From Parasitella parasitica NRRL 2501 (Eukaryota; Fungi; Mucoromycota), in contig MU619247.1 of assembly GCA_025201805.1 (NCBI GenBank), forward strand, positions 1 through 64,000: 64,000 nt of DNA. Reading direction: 5' to 3'. Of this stretch, positions 10,478-22,813 are shown piece after piece. The notes beneath the pieces are model-generated. The model did no database searches, was not told the DNA's origin, and saw only the letters and a program-made list of their open reading frames with translations. Position 1 is the first letter of the stretch, and each line of letters opens with the position of its first letter. A program made the translations under genes and the position numbers.

Positions 10478-12149
10478 TTAAAGGTGGCCTCCGATCCCTC
10501 CACCTGCAGAGGCTAAGCTCATTAATGTTCCTGAGACTCTTCTTGACGACTTTGACGGGACATTGTTTGACGCAGAGCTATTTGACCCTATTCAAATATT
10601 ACTACCGATACCGCGTTACATGAATCACACAACAACTCACTTGATCTGCTGGACAATGAGGCATTTTCATTGGAATCCAACTGTAAAGGTGGAATGCTAT
10701 TGAGGTTGTTCTTGTCCGAGGCCAGCGACCTTTGAGAAGATGTCGACGTAGAGCGGCGAATTCTACCGCCTCTTCCTGGAGAGGGAGGGACCGTCCTGAA
10801 TACTGAAGGGATACCTTCATCCAAGCGAATATCCTCAGTAGAAAGTCCTGCCTGCTTGCGGAACTGAAGCAACTCACTTTTGTACTTGTTGCACTGTTGC
10901 ATTTTCAAGAGAACTACACGGTTGCAAATTGTCAATTTACATTTTATGCTAAAGTGTCTCTATTATGAATACTTGCACTCTTTTTCCATTTCCGTTGTTC
11001 TGTTCTTCAAGACTGCAATTTCCGATAATAACATCTCTGCTGTGCCTGATTGCGCTTCGTTGACTGATCCTGAAGACGAGTTCCATTTCTTAGGGCTACA
11101 AATTTCTGTTAGTGGGCTCGACTGGTAACATTTTGGCTAGATCAACTCACGTAACAGGTGATACGGGGCCAGGCGATAATGCATTCGTGCTGTCATGGAT
11201 TATGCTCATCATGGGCGAAGTGACCTGCGACTGCTGTTGGATCTTCATGGATTCCAGCTGCTTCTGCAACTTGTTTACAATGTACTCTTGCTCTTGTTCC
11301 AACGAATTCTCCATGTCAATTTTTTCACGCTGCAACTGATTCAGTTTCTTTTGCAACATGTTTGTCATGTATTCCTCTTCCTGTTCCACCTGCAAGAGCA
11401 ACTCTCCCTTTTCTTTTTTGAGTCCTGTGATTCTCTTTAACAGTCGATTGGAGATGAATTCTTCCTCTTGTTCAGCCATAGCATTCTGGATGAGCATTAG
11501 CAGTCTTTCTTATTTTTACTAGGACATTTCAAGTTTACCATATCAACTGTCATTTGCCGAAGCAGTTTGTTGTCGTGCTTTAGTATTTTGACATGGCCTT
11601 GCTCCATTTCTAACTCGAATTCCAGTTTTTTTATATGAATCTGCTGCTGTGCGCATTTTTCATACAATCGTTTTACTTGGTCTCGTAGCTCACTCAAGTT
11701 TTCAATGGCCATCAGCTCCTCCAAACGATCTGATTGTTCGTTTCTATTTTTGCAAATGGTGAGTAGGCAATTTCTTCAGGTTCTGTATATGATAAATTTT
11801 TACGTGGACATTGTTTGCAGCTGTCCCAGAGTGGCTTCGTATGCTTTGGTTCGAGTATTCAAATCGGCTTCCAATGCAGCTTTGTCCTGGCGAACCTGTG
11901 CTTGCAAGTCAGATTTGAATTCAAGTCAATTCTGATATTACACATACTTTTTCAAGTTGTTCACGGAGAGAGTTTGTCATCCTCTGTTCATTTTCCTTAA
12001 TCTCGTGGAGCAGATGATTTTGCTACGTTAAGGCGTGATGTTTATTAATCAATGTATACAGATAAGGCCTCTAAATTCGCATTTACCTCCATATCGCTGC
12101 CGTCTTTTATGCTAGAAGCACTAGATGCAATAGATTTGTGTTCACTCAT
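10478..12149 (-). CDS. CCDC6-like (DUF2046) coiled-coil protein, multi-exon
   Basis: Repeated EQEEEFISNRLLKRI / EQEEEYMTNMLQKKL / EQEQEYIVNKLQKQL motifs typical of the CCDC6 family; terminal exon inferred via intron 10588-10640. Confidence 0.8.
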
Positions 12150-12689
12150 TTTTAATTTTACAAGAAAGAAAAAGGGCCTGTACCCCCCCTTTGCTCAAAC
12201 AGCATCCGACATGAATGATGATGGACTGTTTACCTAATGTGATTTCAACATCAGTGGCCATGACAGCCTTTGCCTTAAATATTTTCATGCTACTAATTCG
12301 CTTGCGAACTCTTGGTGAAGCTAATGCAAATTACTCAGAAGGAGTCAATTCCAAGTATATTTTTTCTTTTTCAAAAAATAAATAAATCGTAAATGAAGGT
12401 AAAAGGATCTTTTGAACCATAAACAGAAATTAGAATGGTAGAGTTACACAATAGCCGTTGAACAGATGATTTGTGGGAATAATGTGAGTTGTATAAATGG
12501 TTAAGAACAATATTTTCTTCTACGCCATACATACAGATGCTTCTCTTCAAGCCTAAAGAATCAACTTACTTCACGATTGGTTCAATCCTTTTCTAGCAAT
12601 TGAAATGTGGGATGCATTTTATGCAACCGGGCTTTTGGTATAAAAAAGACTTGCTACCATCTGATCTCGTTTTCTTTTCATACACAATC

Positions 12690-13632
12690 ATGCTAGCCCC
12701 TACAGAACCTTCTCCAAATGTTGTATCGCAAATGTCTCTCAAAGGAAAAGTTGCGGTTGGTATGGTTTATATTTGGAGACATACTCTATTTTCTAAAGTT
12801 TCATTTTCTTTTACAGTAACGGGTGGTGCCCGTGGTTTAGGATTTGAAATGATGGCTGCTTTAGCCGAGAGTGGGGCTGCTGTTGCTTGTGTAGATTTAT
12901 CAAAAGAGAAATGTCTCCAGGCTACTACTAGAATAGCAGCTGAATGCAAGGTTGAAGTATCAGGCTGGGGATGTGATGTGACAGACGATGTTGCTGTTGC
13001 TCAGTTATTCGAAGAAATTATCTCCTACCACGGCAAAGTCGATATCGTGGTAACTGCTGCAGGCATCAACAAGATGTGTCCTGCACTCGAGTACTCTGCA
13101 AAAGATTTCTCAACTATTTTCCAAGTGAATGTCAATGGCACATTTTACTGTATGCAACAAGCCGCCAAGTATGGTTGAAGTATACTTGCATCAAAAAAAC
13201 CCCGTATATTATCATACTCATATTAATTTGCAAAGACATATGATGCGCTTAAAGATTCCAGGCTCTATCATTACTATTGCTTCCATGTCTGCTCATGTCG
13301 TAAACAGACCACAGTCGCATGCTCCTTACAACGCTACCAAGGCGGCAGTGCTTCAGCTAACCAAGTCATTAGCAACGGAGTGGGCTCCACATCGTATCCG
13401 CGTTTGTGCTATTTCTCCTGGCTATTTTGACACAGTGATGAACCAGACTCTGTTGGCTCAGCGAGGAGAGGAAGGCGCTGCCCTAAGAAAGTTATGGGAA
13501 ACGGAGACTCCCATGGGCCGGTTAGGTACACCGCATGAATTGAAGGGCGTGGTGGTATTTTTAGCCTCGGATAATGCATCTTTCGTAACAGGGTCTGAGA
13601 TTATTGTGGATGGTGGTTATACCTGCTGGTAG
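12690..13632 (+). CDS. Short-chain dehydrogenase/reductase (sorbose reductase / arabinitol or mannitol dehydrogenase-like)
   Basis: TGGARGLG cofactor motif, NVNG, catalytic YNATK, NRPQ..PY, ISPGY, C-terminal VDGGYTCW; two introns. Confidence 0.9.
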
Positions 13633-13919
13633 TATTTGTTGCTACGCTGTCAGAATAAAAAATTTAGTCCTGTGCTATGTTGAGTTCAGTTGAAGACTCG
13701 ACAGTTGATTAAACTATCGATCCATCTGCAGTCGCATTTTTTGCCAGATTGTGTTTATATTGATGATTGTTTTATTGAGAAGGTTGCACTGCTGGTAACG
13801 TTTACATGAGACAATTTGCCCAATATACAAAAAGCTTCTTGGTTTGAATTGCCGCATGTTTTGAGCAGTGGCAGAAACTTTGCGTTTTCTTTCCTTGATC
13901 AAACAAACTTGTGAGCAAC

Positions 13920-15115
13920 ATGTTAAACCCACAAAACCGAGCAGAAGAGAGGTCAACTGAGGATGTAAGCCTGCGCTTCTTGAGCAACATCAACTAGCTG
14001 TCAAGTTGACTAATAATTTTGTACAAGATAATCTTGGAACCTTACAATTATTTAATATCGCAACCTGGCAAGGACATCCGAGCCAAGTTAATATCTGCAT
14101 TTGACCTCTGGCTGAATGTGCCCAAAGATACACTGAAAGTAATCAACAAGGTCATTGGCATGCTGCATAATGCTAGCTTAATGTAAATATGCTTGTTTGG
14201 AACGCCACCTTGCTCGTATTAAAGGCTTTATGTAGGATTGACGACGTACAAGACGATTCAGACTTACGAAGAGGTGTTCCTGTAGCTCATCATATATACG
14301 GCGTGCCCCAAACTATCAACACAGCAAACTACGTGATTTTTTTGGCACTTCGGGAAGTGATGAAATTGAATATACCGAGTATGATGCAAGTTTGCACGGA
14401 AGAGCTGATTAATTTGCACCGAGGTCAAGGGATTGAGCTCTATTGGAGGGACAGCCTGACGTGCCCTACTGAAGACGAGTATATAGACATGGTAAACAAC
14501 AGTAAGTGTAGGCTACGAATACACTCTGCATCGACTTTTAATGACATGATACAACAGAAACCAGTGGTTTATTAAGATTAGCAGTACGATTAATGCAAGC
14601 AGCCAGTGAAAGCAATACGTAAGTAAATCAGGTTACACGTACGCAGTGTTATTCACATCTGGTCAATGTACAGCGATTACACGCCATTAGTGAACATCAT
14701 CGGTATTCATTTCCAAGTTCGTGACGATTATATGAACCTGCAATCCACTACTGTACGGTATACAAAGATTGCCATCACGAAACAGAGCCTCATTTTTTTT
14801 TTCTAATAGTATACAAACAACAAGGGGTTTTGTGAAGATTTGACAGAAGGCAAATTCTCGTTTCCAATCATTCATGCTATCAGAAAAGACGCTTCCAACC
14901 GTCAGCTATTGAACATCATCAGCCAAAAGCCTACGTCTATTGAAGTCAAGAAATACGCTTTGGAAGTTATTCGTAAGGCAGGTAGTTTTGAATACGTGCG
15001 TGAGTTTTTGCATCAGAAAGAGACCGAATCTTTGAAAGAAATCGAACGTCTAGGGGGAAATCTCTTGCTAGAGAAATACATTGAGACAATCAGGGTTGAA
15101 GCAACCATTGATTAA
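13920..15115 (+). CDS. carG: Geranylgeranyl diphosphate synthase (CarG/BTS1 type)
   Basis: [15 protein letters not shown]|IILEPY...; [17 protein letters not shown]; LHRGQG; FQVRDDYMN; [15 protein letters not shown]. Confidence 0.95.
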
Positions 15116-15535
15116 CTCGCTTCGTGATATACCCTACCTTTTCTTGAATAAATACACAATTTCAAAATAGGCCTTTCATAATTGCATTCCATTGCATAAC
15201 CTTGGATGTGATGCGAATGCTTGTACTCTAATAGATGGCGCAATCCAATGTTGGGGTTCCATCAAGTAAAAAAAAAAAAAAAAAAAACGTAGTGGCATAA
15301 AACGCTCTAATGCTTGGATTTACACAAAGACACATTGTCATGCGTGTGTTCGAGTTAGACTTGGCGCTCCATCTATTCTACCATTTCGCAGCGAATACAT
15401 ACACATGTGTCCATACCAAATCAACTTCAAAATACATATCGTAAACAAAGCTGGTTTTTTTTACATACCTTTTGAAAAAAAAAAAAAAGAAAGAATTCAG
15501 CGTTTCTTTTTCTTCCCTCTACACCTTGATATAGA

Positions 15536-16189
15536 ATGAGTTGCTTAACATTTGCTTTGCTCCTATTTATACCCGCACTGTTTGCGACTCCTTTTCACAA
15601 TCAGCTGCTGCAGCGTCGAGATTTGACAACTGTGTATCAACCTACCACTATATATAAAACTGTGATTGCAAGCTCAATTGACGGTGTATTTCGAAAAAGC
15701 AAGAAAACTTACAAGCATCGGCATGAAGTGATCAAACAAGACCGTCAAGAGTTTGAAGACCAAGTCGAGCAACTAAACCAACAACTGGATCCGTACAGGG
15801 AATTTATTCCAGGGCAAGCAGCAAAATACCGTCAGGAACAGAAAGAAGACAGGGTACCAGACCAAAATGATTATGATAAGGACAGCTACAATGATGTTTA
15901 TGTTGATGTTGATGATGAATATTGTGAAAAGGATGACCCATGGTGCTGCGAAGAAGGCGAAGAAGGCTGTGACGAATATGAATATGAAGAATGCAACGAA
16001 GGTGAAGAAGGATGCGAAGAGTACGATGAAGATGAAGAGCTTATTATTCGTGAGCTTGATTTCGATGTTTACATTGAAGATGTTGAAGAGTTTGTAGCAA
16101 CAGCTATTAACAACAACTTGGAGGCAGATGGTTACACATTGCTAAAGGAACTCACTGTCGTCAGCGGAGATAGCTCTGAAGCGCTATAA
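15536..16189 (+). CDS. Hypothetical secreted acidic, Cys-containing protein (217 aa)
   Basis: Intronless ORF; hydrophobic N-terminal signal (MSCLTFALLLFIPALFA), dibasic RR, D/E-rich C-terminal half with a CxEGEEGCxEY repeat. Confidence 0.75.
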   Translation: MSCLTFALLLFIPALFATPFHNQLLQRRDLTTVYQPTTIYKTVIASSIDGVFRKSKKTYKHRHEVIKQDRQEFEDQVEQLNQQLDPYREFIPGQAAKYRQEQKEDRVPDQNDYDKDSYNDVYVDVDDEYCEKDDPWCCEEGEEGCDEYEYEECNEGEEGCEEYDEDEELIIRELDFDVYIEDVEEFVATAINNNLEADGYTLLKELTVVSGDSSEAL

Positions 16190-16233
16190 ACTATTAGACA
16201 TACGCATTAATTTATTGATTAGATTAATAAACG

Positions 16234-18054
16234 CTACGATAAGCTAGGGCGAAGACAACGCAACAAATCAGTGTTGAAGCTATCTTCAGAGAATCTATCA
16301 GAGGCAGATGCACGAGCATTCGCTGCCATTTTTTCATACTTTGCTTCTGAGAATAGTAATGCAGAATTTAGACACTCTGCAAAGGTATCTTCAGTATCTG
16401 CCAAGAATCCAGTTTGTCTGCCATCATATTCAATGACGATATCTGATTTGGGCCCTCCAGAATTATGGGCGACGGGTATTAGGCCAGCAGACATGTATTC
16501 TACGACGCCGATACCGAAATGTTCATTCCACATGGTATGGAGTCCTATTTTTGCCATTCCAAGACTTGAAACTAGTAAATTGTAAGAAGCGTTGATCTCA
16601 AAACGAACAAAATCCTATATGGCAATGTATAAATAACAGATGTCCAGATATTCTTTTTATCAAACATCTTTCTTACTTTGATACCAAGATCAGTCGCTTC
16701 TTTACATAGTCCATCGATTCTTTTTGCGTCCGCCTCATTTCTTGAGCTTCCAATCAATACAAGCTCAACAGGCCTCGTTGTTCTCCACTGGGGGTATTTT
16801 TCAAACAGTTTTGCCAATGATTTCAGCTGCAGTGAGTGATCTTTCTCGGGTCTAAATTGAGCAACACTGACAATCATGGACTTTCTACCTCTCAAAGGCA
16901 GTGCATTGAGTCTTTCTGTGTCGCAAGGGGGATAGACAATCACTGATTTTGTATGCCATAATTGATCGATGTGTCCCTTTGTCCAACTTGAATTCACCAT
17001 GACGATGTTGGCAAATGATCCGCAGAATCCATATATCTTTGCAAAAATTTGGTAGTAACTACAAGACATGCAAAAAAGATCAATATAGGTGCATGCAGCG
17101 CATGGAGAGAAAATCACATACATCAGTTTGCCAGTACTCCATATCGCACTCGAAGCGAACTTTACGTCATTATTGTGAGCAGCTCGTCTTTCATAAACTC
17201 GATTCAACATGTCTGAACTGATGGTGGGGTAATGTGTATAAGTTGCAATTGTAGCATTGGTAAAATAGTAAACGAGTGGATAGGTAAATGCATAGCCCAT
17301 GGTATCTGCAAAAAAAAAAAAAAAGCTTGTTAAATCGCTAAAAACTTGTTTTCTGATCTGTAACTCTTGTCATACCAAAGAATACATGAGGCACCAATTT
17401 ACTGATAGCCTCATAACCAATAATGAGCGAAGAAAGACTTTGGAGAATCAATGTGAATCTAGGGTATCTACAATCAAGTTGTGTTGGTATCCCACTGTGC
17501 AATTCAATTTGTGTTGCGACTATTGTACCTGGTATCTTCTGTCCAGTGTCTCTTTGTCAAGTAAGCGAATTGAAGTCTGCTGGGATCCAATACAATGTTG
17601 AAATTATTCTATTGCACCGTTAGTGTCACTTTTAAAGCGTAGCGCATTGGAAACGGTGTTTTTACCTTGACTTTGCTGATAATCTGCTCCTTGGTCGCTT
17701 CGATGTCGCCTGTATAAACTATGCAAACGACATTGGAAAAATCTCGCTGCACATCTCGCAGAGCCGTCCATAGAACCCGTTCTCCTCCACCACCTGCGTT
17801 GCTATTGAGAGGATCATTGATTTAGTGGTTTGCTCTCTTGTGATGAAAAAAATAACGTACCAATATGGATGAAAGAATCCTAGAAACAACGGCTTCTCAA
17901 TACTGGCTGCAGAGGGCCCAAGGTCTTGCAATAATTGCAATCTATGCTCATCAGTTGTATTGGTTATGTAGAGCTTCAGTACGGAAAAAGTCGCCCAAGA
18001 AGCAACAAGTAGAGTCGTTAACCAGAATGATAGCGACACAAATAAATCAATCAT
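16234..18054 (-). CDS. ALG11: GDP-Man:Man3GlcNAc2-PP-Dol alpha-1,2-mannosyltransferase (GT4)
   Basis: GFFHPYC|[11 protein letters not shown]; DTMGYAF; [12 protein letters not shown]; AQFRPEKDH; [18 protein letters not shown]; HNSGGP. Confidence 0.96.
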
Positions 18055-18403
18055 CTCGAAACAAAATGAAAGAATGAACAGAAAAAAAAAAAAAAAAAAT
18101 GGGAGTCTGCCATAAATAAACACAATGCCAAACACCTCGAGCCAGTCAAAACTTGCCAAATTTGTGGATTTCGCATTTGAATACTTGGAGCTGTATCATA
18201 CGAACGGAAAAGACATTCTCCGAAATGTGTGAATCGTCTTTTGTCGATCCTCCTTTCAAAAATATAGACAAGCTGCTATTAACATCTCTGTCAGACACGC
18301 CGCTGAAAAAAAGCCCCATTGAATCGTTCAAGCTGCCATGAGCTGGCGCAACAACATCAATTCAAGACAAAAGATCGTAAAAATATGGTTGTTCAAAATT
18401 TTA

Positions 18404-20136
18404 TTAATATATTTTTATCTTGCCATCGCGAACAGCACATGCAATACGCTGGCAGTCTGATTCATTTTCACGAGGCATAATTTTCATGTCGTATACCGTT
18501 TCCAACTCACTGCCTGAAAGCTCTGCTTCTACAGCAACGCCTGCAAAGGCTGCCACAAAATCTGCTAAAGGCCCTGTTTGATACGCACTTCCATCCGCTA
18601 AATCATGATTTCGTTGCTTTAATAACCCATTCAAGCATCATTTCACTCATAAAACATACCGCTACTAACACAGAGTACCTTTTCCCCATTTTCATTTGTC
18701 TTGACAGCAAGCGAAGTGATGGCGTATCCATTCCTTTTCCATTTTAATTGAGGCTGATCGAGGCCCTTCTGAAGAGAAAAGAGCTGCACCAGGCCATTTT
18801 TACTACCTGCAAATAACGTCTCTGTCTCTGGTTCGTATGCCATCGATGTAAGGGGATCATCGCTCGTTGGCGTAGCGAAAACCTGCTCATACTATGAGTG
18901 CATTGCTATCGTCGCTATAAAGTAAAACGGTGCATACCTCTTTTTTGGTACCCAAATGAAGGCCACGGATACTCCCATCATCTAATGCAACTAGAACCAG
19001 TTTATCTTCTGTGCCAACTTCCATTGGATCTATTTTGCTCATCGTCAGCGACATAGTGCCCATCGATTACACCTGGATTTACCTAAAGTTGTCTTCTCAG
19101 CAGGCTCATACTGAGATGGGAGGCTAGTAAGGAGAATCATCTTGTTGATGGCGAATTCATAATTTCCTAATGTGGCGATTGTTGACGATGTACCGCAGTT
19201 CCATAATTTGACAGTGCCATCACGAGAAGATGCTTTAGAGAAGCATGAACACAACTGCAAAAAGAATGACGACAAAACATATGCTTACATAGAACATTGC
19301 GACCCAGAGAAACAATAGCGGTACCAGTGATTGCTACAAAGACGTTACTATTGTTTGCATTGTTTATTCTATGACATGACATGCCATGCCATGATGTACC
19401 TGAAGTGTGTCCTTGCAGTGTAACGGGGTTGCTGCCATCCAGCACAGACCAGATTTTGAGCAAAAAGTCGGAACCGCCTGTTAACACCACTAAATTACTA
19501 GGAAAAAATTGAACAGTAGCAACATCATTGAGATGGCCTTTCAGGGTCATTTGGATATCCCCTGAACTGACATGTCCTAGTGAGACTTCAGAGCCATGAG
19601 CAGCAGCAAACAAATTGCCATTGGGTGATATATCAACGCAAGTTACCTAATAATGCGTTAGGAAAAGAATGTTCATCATCAACCCAACTTACAGGCTTAT
19701 CCTTAACAGGGTGAATTTGGATCCGTGGGCTGTACACAGTTATACCTCTGACATCTAATGCTTCACACTCTACTTTGAAGGCACGCTATCGAGTAATGTG
19801 TTCAATGATCAACATTCGATTTTTGCAGTGTGAAATACTGTACATACAGAGTTCAGCATGGTCACCTTGATGTCATTAGTTCCTTCGAGGGAGGCTTCAT
19901 AATTGCCCACACGACGAACGCTTACTGATCCTTGAATACTCTCTTTGCCTCAAAAGAGTGTTTCGGAGGGGTTAGTTTTATAAGGGTCCCTCCTTGCTCG
20001 AGAGTCATATCCTACCTGTCATGTAGCAAGCAATCCAGAAAGATCCTTCAGGAATCGTGTTTGAAGCCACTTCTCTGACAACATCGTCCCAATCAGCTTG
20101 AACAGAAACAAAGGGCAGAGTTTCTACTGTAGACAT
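18404..20136 (-). CDS. RPN14: WD40 proteasome assembly chaperone PAAF1/Rpn14
   Basis: N-terminus MSTVETLPFVSVQADWDDVV; GHLNDVATVQFFPSNLVVLTGGSDFLLKIWS...GSNPVTLQGH; SSRDGTVKLWNCG; C-terminal RDGKIKIY. Confidence 0.82.
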
Positions 20137-20498
20137 TTTTTAAACCTGGTTTGGAGAAAGAGCTTGAGCAAAGTTAATTTGATGGAAAAATGAATTCATG
20201 GACCGATGTGTTCAATATATATTTATATGTATATATATCCATGTCAAGGATTTATCATACAATCAGTGCAATGTAATGCCCACAAGCCAAAATCTTTCGG
20301 CTGCAGTCGATAGTATATTTGAATTCCAAGCAGATTTGACATGCATCTAGAGACTCTTTGGGCAGACCCATATGATGGACACACCCATAAAGCAATGCTG
20401 CGGCAGTCACCATACATTGGCATCTCCTTTAGCAAAAAAAATGGCATCTCGTTTTCTTTTTTTTTTCTTTGAGGGTAGATACCATCATAATTTATAAT

Positions 20499-22735
20499 AT
20501 GGGAAGACGCAAAAATTACATGGACGATGGCCAAGATTCTTCTGACGATGAAGAAGCAGGAAGGATCAATTTTGACATCACCGAGGACGACCTTGATGCA
20601 GAAATAGCGGGTTTTTCTGGGCAACGAAATAGACGTCGACAAGCACGATTTGGCGAGAGCGATGACGATGATCAAGACGACCAAGAAGACATACGTGGGG
20701 GTTTAGGAGGCAGAGGAGGACTAGGGCTTGGCCCATCTTTTCTGCTTGCCAAGCAAACAACAGAAACACCAGAAGCATCGCCAGTAAAGAAGGACCCTGT
20801 CAAGGAAAAGGTTAGAGGACGACCATCTGCTAATACGCCACCTCCAGACCCAGGATTTGCGCAATTCAACAAGCATTCGAAAGGATTCGGGCAAAAGATG
20901 TTGGAAAAGATGGGCTGGAATGTGGGCAAGGGCTTGGGTGCGGATGGTGCAGGTATTGTGAACCCTGTTGAAACAAAGCTGCGTCCTGCTCGAATGGGTT
21001 TGAGTTTTAGAGGGTTTGACGAACGTACAGCGCAGGCTAAATTGGAAGCCAAGGCACGTCGAGGCGAAGCATCCAGCGACGAAGAAAAGGAGCCAGAGCC
21101 CAGAGGAAAGAGACGCAATGCTTGGAAATCGGAGCCTTTGCTCTCTGGGAACGACCAAGTCCATAGAAAGAGAAAACCAAAGACTATCTACAAGACAGCA
21201 GCAGAGATTCTTGCGGAAACCGAGCAGCACCAGATACCCTTGCCGCAACAAAAGATTATTGATATGACAGGACCTGGTGTTCGGGAGATCAATCTTGCAG
21301 ATATCAAACGTACAGATTCCCCTACGTTGATGGAGGTAACAACACGACTACCTGAATTGCGACATAATTTACGCTTGATGGTCGACTTATCTCGAGCAGA
21401 CTTGGAGAATTTATCAAGGGAAAAACAGTCAAATGCGTTTAAAATGAAGTCTTTGCAAGATGAGTTGGGAGCGATGAGGGAACACCTGGACAAAGACCAA
21501 GAACAGTTGCGAAAATTAGAGCAACTCAAGACAATCACTAATCAATTAATGCAAATCAGTAAAGATGCGTTGGCGACTGGGGCGTTCAGTACAGGCAACA
21601 TTACAGCCTTATTTGGAGAGCAGTTCCAAACATTAGAGCGAGACTATGCAAGCGAAATAAAATCAATGAACATTGACGCATTGGTGGTATCTGTTTGGGC
21701 GCCCATCATGAAATACACATCAACGAGCTGGGATGTATTAGAGGAGCCGACTAGGGGAGTCGCCGATGTAAAAAAATGGAAGTGCTTATTGACAAAGAAC
21801 GACGACAGCGACGCCGAAAGAGGTTGGACTCGCAACAGATCACAAAAGACCTTGATTTGTACACCTTTCGAAACAATGATGAATACAGTCTGGCTAAACA
21901 AAGTGCGAAGCGCTATAAAGTAAGTCGCAGTGCTATATTCCATCAGTACCATAATACTTACTGCCGTTAATACAGCAATCAGTGGGATATTCACGACCCT
22001 GACCCTCTTATTCAACTGATGGAAGAATGGGAGCCCGTCTTGCCGAGATTTATTCACGAAAATATCATTCACCAACTCATATTACCCAAGATCAGCCGTG
22101 CCGTTTCAGACTGGAATCCTCGCACTGATCCTATAATGATTCATACTTGGATACATCCGTGGTTCCCAACACTCAGAGCATGGCGTTTGGCGGAGCTATT
22201 CACTCATATTCGACATAAACTATCAGTTGTGTTGCGCCAATGGCACCCTTCTGATGAATCGGCATTGCATATCATATCGCCCTGGAAAGATGTGTGGACA
22301 TGGGACCAGTTGGAACAATTTACGACCAAATCGATTCTGCCAAAATTAACCTTGGTGCTACGGGAGGAATTTCAGGTGGATCCCAGAAACCAAAAATTGG
22401 ATGCTCTCGTTTGGTGTCTAGCTTGGAAGAATCTGCTATCGGATACAGTGCTGGGTCTGTTACTGAAGAATGAATTCTTCGACAAATGGCACTCTGTTTT
22501 GGTACAATGGCTCAATTTGGACATGTACAGCATCAATTACGACCAGATTAGTGATTGGTACCGTTGGTGGAGGCAAGTTTTTGACGCCTACGGTTTGGAT
22601 ACTAATAAGATTGTCATGCAAGAGTTTAGACGAGGTCTTGAGACAATGAACATGGCATTGGGAGGCGAAGACCTTTACTCCATGGGACTGTCAAAGGATC
22701 AGAACCATCCATCACGAACGGATCTCATAAAATAA
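20499..22735 (+). CDS. TFIP11: Tuftelin-interacting protein 11 / Ntr1 / Spp382 spliceosome disassembly factor (G-patch + GCFC domain)
   Basis: G-patch GFGQKMLEKMGWNVGKGLG...GIVNPV; IIDMTG; PELRHNL; IHTWIHPW; one intron. Confidence 0.93.
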
Positions 22736-22813
22736 AAATTTCTGTAAATGCGGGTTTTTTTTTATTCATACGCGATTTAGACGTGTTCTAAAGTACTTGG
22801 GGTTTCTTGGTTT

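Noticed and set aside
12690-15115. SDR next to carG as a carotenoid/trisporoid cluster
   Set aside because: The SDR has polyol/sorbose-reductase-type motifs, and no carB, carRP or carotene oxygenase gene is in the window
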